This document shows positions 10,863-21,781 of a stretch of 64,000 bases of DNA, in pieces (the stretch's first letter is position 1; the number at the start of each line of letters is the position of its first letter). The DNA is from Rebecca billardiae RCC1528. Its lineage: Eukaryota > Protista > Haptophyta. The position numbers were made by a program, and so were the translations under genes. The notes below the pieces were generated by a model. It worked only from the letters and a program-made list of their open reading frames with translations, had not been told where the DNA came from and searched no databases. The stretch covers positions 1,674,001-1,738,000 of the forward strand of contig OZ251233.1 in NCBI GenBank assembly GCA_965240325.2, given 5' to 3'.

Positions 10863-11750
10863 GACGATTCACGATGTCGATGTGCCAGCCAGATGTCGAT
10901 GACGATCGATGTTCACGGCGGACGCCCCGTCTGCGGGCGTCACGGCGGTGTCCGGGCTTATGTCCGGCGGCGTAGTGAATCGGTTGGCCACCGTGGCCCG
11001 TGCCCGTGTCCAAGACCAATCTGAAGCCAACGGCGCCCGTTCATTTATTGTTCAACGCGGCAACTGGTATTGGACAATTGGTAACCTTTACCTGTCGTAG
11101 ATAACTACTAGTACTAATAACACAGTCCGTCACCGTGACGGATCGTCCGGACGATATAACTACTCTACTGCGCTACGGATAAGCGAATAAAGTCATCGAT
11201 ATATATATGGCGCAGCAGGCAGTCTCGTCAGCATCCGCCATCCGCCCATCCCGGGCATCCGGCCCGGACCCTGCGCCGGCGGCGCCGGGCAGCCGGGCTG
11301 ACCGCACGGGCCCCCGCGATAGCCGCAGCACGTCCGGTCGCCGCCCCCTTAGGCCTTACTCACTCACTCAGTCACTGGGCCTGCCGATTCAAGAATCAAG
11401 TGTCGTCAGTCACCACTGAGTCAGCTACGCACGATTGTAGTCATCATAATAATGCGTCCGGCAGTGCGCCGGTGGCGACACGGTCACACGGTACCGCGGC
11501 TGACTGCCCGTGTACTCTGAGTCTCTGTAGGCGTTGCGCCCGGGGTCTGGCGGCTCGAATCGGGGCTCTCGGATGATCTTGGAGCGCCTTATGGAGCCCA
11601 GGCGTGCGGTGTTCGGTTCGTCGCTGATGCTTTCGTGCGACCTGGCGAGGAGGTGTCGGCCGTGGACGTAGATGGCACCTTCTTTCGGCGCAACTCCGCC
11701 GTCGCCGTGCTGACAGACCCACAGCAGCACGCCGCCAGCGACTTGGGTGC

Positions 11751-12281
11751 TCACAAGTCGTCGTCCGACTCGGCTCGGCGGATCGGGATGAGCGCCGGGT
11801 CCACGCCCATGCGCACGAGCGCCTCGTATGCGGCGCGTCGTCGCGACTCGCGCTCGACATGCATGCGCGCAAGCAGCTGGTTGATACCGTGGTAGCTCAA
11901 GTTCTCCGCATCCCCGTTCGCCTCGTCCGCGGCGTGCAGGTCTGCTCGTGCCGCACCAGAGGCGAGCACTGATTGTCCGTTCGGCGCCTGACCAGCAGCC
12001 TCGGCGGCGTGCTCGCGGGCGGCCTCGTGGTGCGCATGTGCGTGCTTTGCGTCACGCTGCCATGCGCTCTCCAGCTGCGACGCGCCCTCCCGCCCGATGT
12101 TGAGACGCTTGATGCGGTCGTGCATCATGTCGTCGTCGACGACGTCAAAAGCATCATGCCGCCCGCGCTTCGCAAAGGCTGACGCCGCGGAGGTTTCGTG
12201 TCCGAGATGGACGGGCGGCGGGGTCACGTCGTGTGCGCCGACGCCCAGCTCGACCTCCTCCATCGGCTCGTCGACCCACAT
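11751..12281 (-). CDS. Small hypothetical protein, possible FAM104/VCF-like p97 cofactor
   Basis: Basic NLS-like KRGR...RIKRL and C-terminal helix YHGINQLLARMHVER. Confidence 0.55.
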   Translation of the reverse strand: MWVDEPMEEVELGVGAHDVTPPPVHLGHETSAASAFAKRGRHDAFDVVDDDMMHDRIKRLNIGREGASQLESAWQRDAKHAHAHHEAAREHAAEAAGQAPNGQSVLASGAARADLHAADEANGDAENLSYHGINQLLARMHVERESRRRAAYEALVRMGVDPALIPIRRAESDDDL

Positions 12282-12533
12282 CGCCCGCGCCGAGGGGGCG
12301 GACGACTGGTGCTTGGCCGAGAGGGAGCCGCGCTTGAAGGCCGGTGCGCACAGCGGCTGCGCACACTGGCGCCTCCCCGTCCGGTGGCGACAATTTTGCG
12401 ATCAGGAGTTTGGCCGCGAAATCGAGCACAAAATCCGCCGCACGGCGCACGATGGCGTTGGCGATTTTATCCGCGCGGCTTTCCGCTGTCAACGGACGCA
12501 CGGCCAACTGGCCAAGTCCGTCTGGCGAAGACA

Positions 12534-13690
12534 TGACACGCTCACGGCCGGCCGACGCGTCCGTCGCCGGCGACACATCCATGGGCGGACGAGGCACCCT
12601 TGGCGCAGAGACCCTCGAGGAGCTCTGGCACGACGAGCCAGCGCTCATCGTTGGGCCGCTCGTTGTTGGCGTTGGGTTGCAAAGCCTGTGGCATATCCCC
12701 GCCTTCGCTGAGCATGCCGCCGCGCACGGCATCGAACCGTGGGGCGTGTACAACGCGATGCACTACACAGCGTTCGCCATCTTGCTCGCCTACGCTTTTC
12801 ACGGCTTTGTATGCACGCATGTCCCCATCACGCTGAAGTTCCAAAAGAAGCGAGCTCCCGACCTGAGCCCTGCCGCTGCCGCCACGCGCAACACTGCCAT
12901 CCTGCTCACGGAGCTTGTGTACACGTCGCTACCGCTGCGGCCACCGAGTTCGAGCTGGCTGCACTTCCTGGCGGCGCTTGCAGCATTCACCGTGCTGTGG
13001 GACATCGAGTTCTTCCTCGTGCACAAGGCAGCTCACGAGTCGCGCTGGCTGTACACCTGCGTGCACAAGCTGCACCACGCGATCAAAGACCCAAACTGCT
13101 TTGGAGCATATTTCGTTTGGTATCAATCTCACGTGCTGCTCGAGCAGCTTGTGGTGGTGACCTGCTGCCTTGCGTTCTTGCCGCGTGACGTCTTCATCTT
13201 TGTGATGTACACGTGCACCCTTGGCACGTACATCGAGCACGCAGGATGCGACGTGAAGCAGCTCAAGTTGCCCTTCCTACCTATCCGGTGCGGCCACATC
13301 TTGGATGCACTGCTGCTGCACGCTGCGCCGCTCGGCATCATGGGCGCAGGCCACCACGACTGGCATCACGAGAAGTTCACGGCGAACTACGCGCTGTATT
13401 TCACCTGGCTCGACCGACTGTTCGGGACGTACAACCCTGGGCGCAAGGTGGAGGATCCAGCCGTCGAGCCTGCCTTGCCTAAGGGCGGTGTTTGCGAGTT
13501 GGCAGAGGCAACAGGCAGCACAACACTGCCGCACCTGGTCCCAGTTCCCAGTTCGAGGCTGCAGCAGACTGCACCAAGCCTGGACACACCATCCTCGCCG
13601 TTTGGTGTGCAGCCCGATGTGCAGGCCTGCGATGGCTTGGCTGCCATCAACTGTTCATTCAACTCATCAAGCCCATCAGCAGCTAACTAA
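12534..13690 (+). CDS. Fatty acid hydroxylase / sterol desaturase family protein (start 12534 or 12581)
   Basis: His boxes HKAAH, HKLHH, EHAG, HHDWHH followed by NYALYFTWLDRLFGT; TM segments. Confidence 0.9.
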
Positions 13691-13989
13691 GTATTGGTCG
13701 TCCGATTACCCCACTCCCCTGTCCCCAGCTCAAAGTCAAACTGGCACACTGTAGCAGCAGCAGTCACTGTCTGTCAGTCGCATTGACCGCTGATACCATT
13801 TAGGATTAATCGACGATGATGATAAGCCTGCTATATGCCACACTAGCACGTTACACACGATGACTATACGACTATATACTCGCGCGTATCGCGATTCGCA
13901 TAGTATACTGCGCTGTAAGCTAGTTATTACCGATGTACGTAACAGCACGAATGTAAATAGTGCTACGTAACAGAACGAATCGATATATC

Positions 13990-14195
<206 letters not shown>

Positions 14196-15181
14196 GACTA
14201 GACGAGAGCTAACGACGGAAGACGAGCCCAATAAATAAGTTCTGGCGGCTTCATCATCATCATAATCATCCTCCTCCGCCAGTACCTATAGCGTATAGGC
14301 TACTAGCAGTAGATATTCCATATTGATAAGTGTGATGGCAGCGAGCACGGTCGCCGACCAGCCAACGCGGGCAACGGCCCTTGGACCGGCGCGCGCTAGT
14401 TAGTAGTTAGTAGTTACTAACAGTTACAGTACGTCGTCTGTAAGTACTAACTGATTCTGAGATACCGCGTTGAAACCGCGTAGTTATTACCGCGTGCAGT
14501 GCTAGCATAAGCTAATTATGGCCAGCGGTGCAGGGCGGAACGCGCAGCGTGGAGCCCGCTCCGTGGGCCCTAACCACGTTTCAAAAAGATCTTTGATCAA
14601 GAAAAAAGGGACGGGGGACGATTTTCAAGGCTGGAAGAGACCGAGTTTCGAATTTTGAGACCGCAAAGAGACATCTATTAGCGAGAAATGGACGCGCCCA
14701 CGACTTCAGATAAGCAAAGCGGGAGTGACGCCCGTCCAAAACACTTCACGCCCTTTAGGATCCCTGACGTAACGAACCGTTACAAGCGATTTTTTCCAGC
14801 CAATGAGATTGCCGCAAGGTCAAGGAGCGACGACGACGTATCTAGATAGCCAGCCGGCACAGCATTACTTGTGTGCTGGACTGCCGCTTTGGCGGGTTCT
14901 GATCAATCACCCAGGGCCCGGTCTGGTCATAAATGAGCCCGCCGTTTATGACGACCCATGTACATGTATGAACAATGGGTCATTAGACCGCGTCGTTTCT
15001 TAAAAAACCGCTTCACGTTGGACCGCGTCGTATCAATGCTCGTAAATGAAATTCTATTCTACCGCTTCACGTAGTAACCCTGATGATGATCATAGATTAT
15101 TGAAGATGCTCGCGTCGAGTCGTCGCGGCCCCGTCACACGCAAACAACCAAAGAGGTGGGCCCGATCGCACGTGGGGGGCG

Positions 15182-16000
15182 ATGGCAAGCAGCACCTCGA
15201 CCGGCGACGCCGACCAAGACTACTACGTTCGCCGCGTATTGAACGCGCTGCTCGACTCGAGGACGGTGACGCGGGTGAACAACACCACGTTCCAGAGCAC
15301 CGCTGCCGCCATCTCCGTCGCCAGGCACAAGCAGACCATCCCCGGCGCCGCGAGCGAGTACGGCGTGTCAACAAAAGCGATCAAGAAGCTCCTTGGCCAG
15401 GTCCGCGAGGTGCTGGCGGCGGAGGGCGCACTCGGCAGCGGTGGCGCTGCGCGGTTCATCACCGACTTCACCACGCGCCCCGCAGGCCAGCTCCCTCCCT
15501 CCTTCTCACCCGGCCCAACAGCTGGCAGCCGCTTCGAGGCACTCGCCGCGCTCGACGGGGAAATGCCCGCTGCAGACAGAGCAAGCACAACCACAGCGGG
15601 GGCGCCCGGCCGGCTCGCTCAGCCTGCTGGGCACGCTCAACCTAGGCGTCACGTGCTACCTCGGCTCGCTGCTGGCCGCGCTGCTCGCGTGCCCTTCCAT
15701 CGTCTCGCTCGCCACATCTGCCGCGGCGGAGCAGTGCACCAACCCCATCCATCGTGTCCAGCATGCGCTCGCTGGCGCTCGCGCATGTCAACTGCGAGTG
15801 GCCCAGCGAGGTGGGGCCGACGCGTAGCTTGCTCGAGCCGCTCCACGACGCGATCGCGGAGGTCTGTCGGTGGACAACGGCGTTTGGGCAGCAGCAGCAG
15901 GACGCGTGCGAGGTGATGTACAAAATCATGGAGGCCCTGGCTGGCTGCGACGAGGCGTGCTCATTATACCTTGGCTTGCTCGAGTGCCTCGGTCAGCTAC
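15182..16000 (+). pseudogene. Frameshifted HTH + USP/UCH (peptidase C19)-like fragments, probably TE-borne
   Basis: psq-type HTH-like AISVARHKQTIPGAASEYGVSTKAIKKLL; Cys box GTLNLGVTCYLGSLLAAL; QQQDACE motif; the three pieces lie in different frames; no His box found. Confidence 0.55.
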
Positions 16001-16346
16001 TCAGCTGGCGAGCGAGCAGCCCTCGCAGCAGCAGCGCGTGCCGACGCCGACGATCTCGCAGCAGCAGCGCGTGCCGACGATCTCAGTCGGCCATATGACT
16101 TCGACTGTACACAATCGGCGCCGCGCCGGCGGCTGCGATGGGCCCGCCCGGCCGCGCGGCGGGCGGCGGCGCGCCGCTGGAGTCTACTCGCTGCCGGGCA
16201 GTCGCGGCCGGGCGGGCCCACTCTCGATCGCGACGGAGGGTGCGACGGAGGGTGCACCGCCACCGCAGGCCCCGAACTACGTTCGTTCTACGGAAAAGGA
16301 CCGCGGAACGCGGTCATAAGTATAGCTAGCGCGACTCTCGTCATCA

Positions 16347-18164
16347 TCAGTCTCGTCGTCTGCCGCCCTTCTGTGCACAGACCACGTACCGCGTGCTAGG
16401 GCTGGTATCCGCATCACGTGGCAGCTCGTCGAGGGAGTGCGCGTCGTAGAGCTTCACCTCTCCACCAAACGCCTCCTCGAAGAGCTGGCGCACGCGTAGC
16501 ATCGACGGCAGGTGTCTGCGGTGCGTGCCGGCGTCCTTGATTCGAACTCGCTCGCCGCGGAGATCGATGTTCACGATGCTCGAATCCTGGTGCGTCCGGC
16601 AGCCGTCCTCGACCAACATCGGGATGCGCAGGCTGACCACATGCCCGCCGATGCCGACGATTAGGTTGGGGTACCAACGGACGTGGTCGGGTGCGATGAA
16701 GTCGCCAAAGAAGTGGCCATCGTCGCACAGGACGGCAGCTGTGTTGCGCACTGCGTCGCGCATGCGCTCCGCAGGGAGGTACTGGAACACGTTGAGCCCA
16801 GCGAATGCGACGTCGAACTCACCGAAGTCGTCTCGGTCCATGCGCAGCACGTCGCCGGTGCGCGCATTGAGGCCGCGTTGCTGCGCGGCCGCAGCCTGCG
16901 CTGGCGAGAGGTCGAAGGCGAGCAGATTCGCGGCGCGCACGCCTTGCTCGCGCACGATGTGGGCTTCGACCACGCCCGTGCCACAGCCGATGCTCAGCAG
17001 CCTGCACGCTGCGGGCTCGGGCACGTGCAGGTCGAAGAAGCGCCTTATAAACCCGGCCATGAAGCCATCGAGGCAGGGCTGCCCAATCAGCGCATCGTAC
17101 ACGTCCGCGTATTCAGCAAACGCATCGCCTCCTCCAGCCTCGGCAGCCCCGTCGACGGGTGTGGCGGACTCTGGGCGCGTCTCCGTCTCCACCTCCAGCG
17201 CTGCCCACTCGCGGACGGTCCGGTGCAGCTGGGCGAACCAGCGCGCGTCGGTGGCGTGGTCTGTCTCTGACACGTGGCTGCGCAGCTCGGTGAGCAGCCG
17301 AGCGTGCATGCGCGCTGGCTGCTGGAACAGCGTCTGCAGGAGCCAGGCCTCGCTTCGGCCGCCGCCCACTGGGCGGTCGGCAGCGGCGGCACGGCACACG
17401 CGGCGAGTGGCGAAGATGAGATCGCGCAGCCAAGTCGTGAAGTCTGCCTCGACTGCCGTTCGCTCGACGTTCGCCGCACCCGCTGGCACTGGGAGGAAGG
17501 CACCACCATGCACAAGGGCGACGCTGCCCGTGCACGCCTCAAAGAGGCGATTGCGATCAGTGACGACGCGATCGGCCGTGGTGCCGAGGCGGGCATGGAT
17601 GTGCAGGCTGAGCACGGGCGTGTCGCCCACGTTTCTGAACTGGTGGATCATCTCCCGACCGACAGCGATCGTGCCGCGGTCGGGCAACAGCGAGCAGTCC
17701 ACCATCTGCAGCCGCTCGCCATCGGACACAAACTTGGCGTACTCAAGCGAGCCACCAAACACCTGCACACACCCGCAGTGCACGTCGGCACCACTGTTGT
17801 GGATCGCGGAAACGTCTCCAGGAAGCCATGTCCGTGCCATCAGCTCAAGCGCACCCGCCAGGTGGATCGTCTTCTCGCCGTAGCTGTCCTCTGGTGGGTG
17901 TTCAAAGTCAGCCCACGCCATCAGGTCGTGCTCCGTGATAGCGGCGTCGCTGACAGCCGTCGTGAGCTTGGCTGCGTTGAGGCGCGGCTCTGCCTGGAGC
18001 GAGCGAATGAGGCTCGAAAGGGCCGCAGAAAGGCGCGGGACGCCGTGCCGCTCACGACACGCCGCCATTGGCGTGATGCCCAGCGGTCTACCATCCCTGG
18101 GGCGGATGCGCTGCCACGTGGGGGAAACGACCTCCCGAGCGGCAACCCGCGGTACCCTGAGCAT
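16347..18164 (-). CDS. Cysteine-dioxygenase-like cupin fused to class I SAM methyltransferase
   Basis: N-half SYGEKTI...ELMARTWLPGDVSAIHNSG...IHQFRN...LSLHIH (CDO-like); C-half LLSIGCGTG, AFDLSP, GDVL, FDVAF (SAM motifs). Confidence 0.8.
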   Translation of the reverse strand: MLRVPRVAAREVVSPTWQRIRPRDGRPLGITPMAACRERHGVPRLSAALSSLIRSLQAEPRLNAAKLTTAVSDAAITEHDLMAWADFEHPPEDSYGEKTIHLAGALELMARTWLPGDVSAIHNSGADVHCGCVQVFGGSLEYAKFVSDGERLQMVDCSLLPDRGTIAVGREMIHQFRNVGDTPVLSLHIHARLGTTADRVVTDRNRLFEACTGSVALVHGGAFLPVPAGAANVERTAVEADFTTWLRDLIFATRRVCRAAAADRPVGGGRSEAWLLQTLFQQPARMHARLLTELRSHVSETDHATDARWFAQLHRTVREWAALEVETETRPESATPVDGAAEAGGGDAFAEYADVYDALIGQPCLDGFMAGFIRRFFDLHVPEPAACRLLSIGCGTGVVEAHIVREQGVRAANLLAFDLSPAQAAAAQQRGLNARTGDVLRMDRDDFGEFDVAFAGLNVFQYLPAERMRDAVRNTAAVLCDDGHFFGDFIAPDHVRWYPNLIVGIGGHVVSLRIPMLVEDGCRTHQDSSIVNIDLRGERVRIKDAGTHRRHLPSMLRVRQLFEEAFGGEVKLYDAHSLDELPRDADTSPSTRYVVCAQKGGRRRD

Positions 18165-18508
18165 CTAATCGTACAATAACGCGCCCACGGCCGCGGAGCT
18201 TGCCCAGCCTCTTACTAAGGAGCGCACAGGGCGGCCATCGTTCAGTCAAGGGACTCAAGGCGGTCGCGAGCCTGGCTGGTACTCTCCGCCATCGCACTCG
18301 CTTCACGCGAGTGCTGTGCCCGCCGAGTAACGATGGCGGCGCAGTCCGGAGCTGGTACCAAGACCAAGACAGGTTGCGAGCGGCGGGGCCGGCACGCAGG
18401 TGTGCACGGCCGGGAAAGCGCGTCTGGAATCACATGCCCACGGCCGCCCGAGCTCATCGGCGGCTAACGTCGGCGATCGTCGTCATCGCCTCCTCGCTGA
18501 CGGTGGCC

Positions 18509-19386
18509 ATGGCCAAGACTGCCATCGTGACGGGCGCAAACAAGGGGATCGGCTTTCACATCGCTGAACAGCTCGTCGCGGCCAAGCACGACGTCATCAT
18601 CGCCTGCAGAGACCGGCAGCGAGGCGAGGAGGTGCGCGGCGCCCCGCGGCCTGCGCTGCGACGCGGCCGGGCCCAACCACGTGGCGTGACCCCGCGCTGG
18701 CCGGCCGTGCGCGTTCCACTCAGGCGGCGAAGAAGCTTGGCTGCCAGTCTGCCGTCCTCGATATCTCGTCGCCCGCGTCCATCGACCAATTCGCCCAGCA
18801 GATGGCGCGAGAGCACGAGCGCATCGACGTGCTCGTCAACAACGCCGCCATCGCCTTCAAGGGCGCGGACCCCACGCCCTTTGCGCAGCAGACGCGACCG
18901 ACGCTCGCGACCAACTTCGAGGGGACAGTTGGCGTGACGGAGGCGCTGCTGCCGCTGCTGCGGAAGGCGCCATCGGCGCGGATCGTGAACATAGCGAGCA
19001 TGGCCGGCGTGCTTCGCCAGCTCGCGCCGGAGCGGCAGCGCCAGTTCTCGGACCCGGGCCTCACGCTGCCCACGTTGCGCTCGCTCGTGGGCGAGTTCGA
19101 GGCAGACGTGCAGAAGGGTAACCATGGCGCTGCGGGCTGGGGCAACTCGAACTACGGCTTCTCCAAGCTCGCGGTGATTGCGTACACCAACGTGGTGGCC
19201 AAGCAGGAGGGCGACAAGATGCGCGTGAACTCCTGCTGCCCCGGGTACTGCGACACGGACATGACGTCGCACAAGGGCCCGCGCCCGCCCGCTGAGGGGG
19301 CACGCACGGCAACCAAGCTCGCCATGCTGCCAGACGACGGGCCGACCGGCACGTTCTGGCAGGACGAGAAGCAGTCTGTCTGGTGA
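18509..19386 (+). CDS. Carbonyl reductase-type short-chain dehydrogenase/reductase; intron 18632-18723
   Basis: TGANKGIG, VLVNNAAIAFK, YGFSK, CCPGYCDTDM; a GT-AG intron joins the two frames. Confidence 0.93.
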
Positions 19387-20146
19387 GCAGGCTGGCGCAC
19401 AATCCGCCGGTTGTGTCATGTGTGTCATGTGTGTGGGTCACGAGCATGACACTTGACAGGCATGGGTCCGCCCGGGCCGGTGGGCTCACACCGCTCACAG
19501 ACCACACCTGAGTTCAGAGCCCTGTGCCAGGCGCGCCCTCTGGCACGTGATGCTAGCGCTCTTGGTCGTGGTTCGCGGCCTCGAAGTCAAAGTGAAGAGG
19601 CGTCATCAAGTTCTCTGACTTGTCATGCGGCTGTTGCGAATAATGCGCCAGTCGTAACTTGCGACAAACAGAGTACGTTATATCGGTTGAGAATAAGTAT
19701 ACGTATGAGATTGTGGAGCGGGAGATGATGCTGGGGCGGCGGTCCGGGCGGCAGGCAGCAGTGCAGAGCCAGAGACAGAGTGCAGACAGCACTCGGTTCG
19801 GCCAGCTAGAACCAATGATGGCATCAATCAATGCTGTCCGACAGTCCGTCCGCGGGGGCGTGCAGCAAGCCGGGGGCGGCGTCAGGCGGCGTGGCCCGCG
19901 CCGGCGCCGCCGACTGCGGCAGCCGTGGCCAGTGGCAGTGCCGCTGGCGGCTGGCCCAGCCGCTGGCGGCGCTCCCCGGGACGGGCGGGACTGCCGCGAG
20001 AGCGGAGAGGGTCTACCGCGGGCACCGTTCGGCTGTTTAGCCGTAGTCACTTAATTGGAATGTCTATTATTATTAGAATCGCGTTAACAGACTAACATCA
20101 TGTTATTTATAATAACTAAGGCTAAGCTAGTCAGAGCTCCTTATGC

Positions 20147-20623
20147 GGCTCCGGCTCCGGTCCACCCCCCCCAGCTCCGTTACGTCTTGGCCCCGAGCCG
20201 AAGTCAACCAAGCGGACCATGCAGCAGAGTCCCTTCCTTCCGCCCGCGACCCCCGATTGGCCATTGATGACTTCAACGAGAAATGTCGCATCCGACCACC
20301 TCCCAATAGGTTCAGACTCTGCTATTTTACTATGTAATTACCCGTCCCTTACTCAGATTTCAGCACAATCCGGGAGCGTTCCGGACACCTGTATACATAT
20401 GCGAAAATGGTACCCGGGCTGGGTATTTAGTTATAGAAAATAGAGTCTGAACCTATTGGAGGTGTGGCTGATGATCCATCTGGCCGTAACTGTCGTCCAA
20501 GGGACCGCCTGGGGTGGTCTAGGAGCTATCGTAGATCATCAGAGGCGGCGATCCCGCCGATTGCAGTGTCAAGATGTAACGCTCCAGTGACCGGACTGGG
20601 GGGGGTGGACCGAAGCAGGAGCC
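20147..20623. mobile_element. 477-bp non-autonomous TIR element (MITE) with ATGC target-site duplication
   Basis: Ends GGCTCCGGCTCCGGTCCACCCCCCCCAG / CTGGGGGGGGTGGACCGAAGCAGGAGCC, flanked on both sides by ATGC; internal inverted repeat 20297-20320 vs 20442-20464. Confidence 0.85.
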
Positions 20624-21415
20624 ATGCCCATAATCCATATCGTCAATCCGCCGCCGGCGGACGAGCGCCCGGGGGCAGAGCCCAGAGCGGCTACGGTCCG
20701 ACCCTTGCCTTCATTCATTGTTGATAGTAGCAGTAAGCAACGGTCCGTGTCTGTCAGCCTCGGGCAGGCCCGGGCGCGGGCGGCCCGTGTGGCCGAGTGG
20801 GCGTCCGGCGTGCCGGCACTGGCTGCCGGCGGAGCAGTGCTGCAGTGCAGGCCGCCAGCCGGCCCCCGGCGCGGCGGCCGGCGGCGGCCCAGCGGCGGCC
20901 CGCACACGGTGGGCATGCAATTTATACGATATTATTATATTGATTATTTTACGACGATTATTAATTCACGGAGATACTGTCCCGTGTCCGCGTGCGGCCG
21001 TGCGCGCGCGCAGCCCGCAGACGCATTGCCCCGGCGGTCGTAACAGCGTACCGACCGGCCGTCGCCAGCCCGTCCGCCGAGTTCATCAAGAAGCGAGTGC
21101 CATCGCGGACCCTCGGCACTCGAAGACGCAGCCACTGCGCCGACAACAACGGTCAGACAGCGGACCCAGGGACTACCCCCCAGCTGGACGGCGCATCATG
21201 CGGCGTGACGCGTTCGGTCCCGCGCCACGGCCGCGGCAGTGGCCCGTGACCAATCTTAGTGCCAGTAGGAGCGTGAGGCGATGCCAAAAGTATTGCCCAT
21301 GCCACCTTGATGAGTGATTTGCTTCGCGCCATGCACTCTCCGGGAAGTGAGATACCTCCGTTGGCGCAGCCTGCTGGTCAGAGTGCACTGCGTCCGAATC
21401 CGCCTCGGACTCGAG

Positions 21416-21781
21416 TCAGGCATTCGAGATGACCTCCTTCGGCTCACTGCGCAGCCAGGCGCACAGATGCATGTGCGCGCCCTCAAGAGGTGTGGAGTCC
21501 ACAATGCTTCTTGTTCGCCCGCGCACGCGTCCGCCGCACTTGGCGCACGCAACCTGCGCGTGGCAGGTGACTTGCCGGTACCGCCGCTTGAGCTGCGCGG
21601 CCGGTCTGCCCGCATCGCTCTCATCGAGCAAGCCCTCGCCCGCGCAGAGCCGCCGCCACAACGCGTCAGCGTCTGCAAGTGCACGCAACCGCGTACTTGT
21701 CATCTCCGTGAGATAAATGGCGTCGCGTGCGCCCAGATGAGCCACGATCATCGCGAGCACCTCGCCTGGGATGGCCTCCAT
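21416..21781 (-). CDS. Small F-box protein (may be partial)
   Basis: MEAIPGEVLAMIVAHLGARDAIYL...STRLRALADADALWRRLC is F-box-like; followed by a CxxC. Confidence 0.6.
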   Translation of the reverse strand: MEAIPGEVLAMIVAHLGARDAIYLTEMTSTRLRALADADALWRRLCAGEGLLDESDAGRPAAQLKRRYRQVTCHAQVACAKCGGRVRGRTRSIVDSTPLEGAHMHLCAWLRSEPKEVISNA

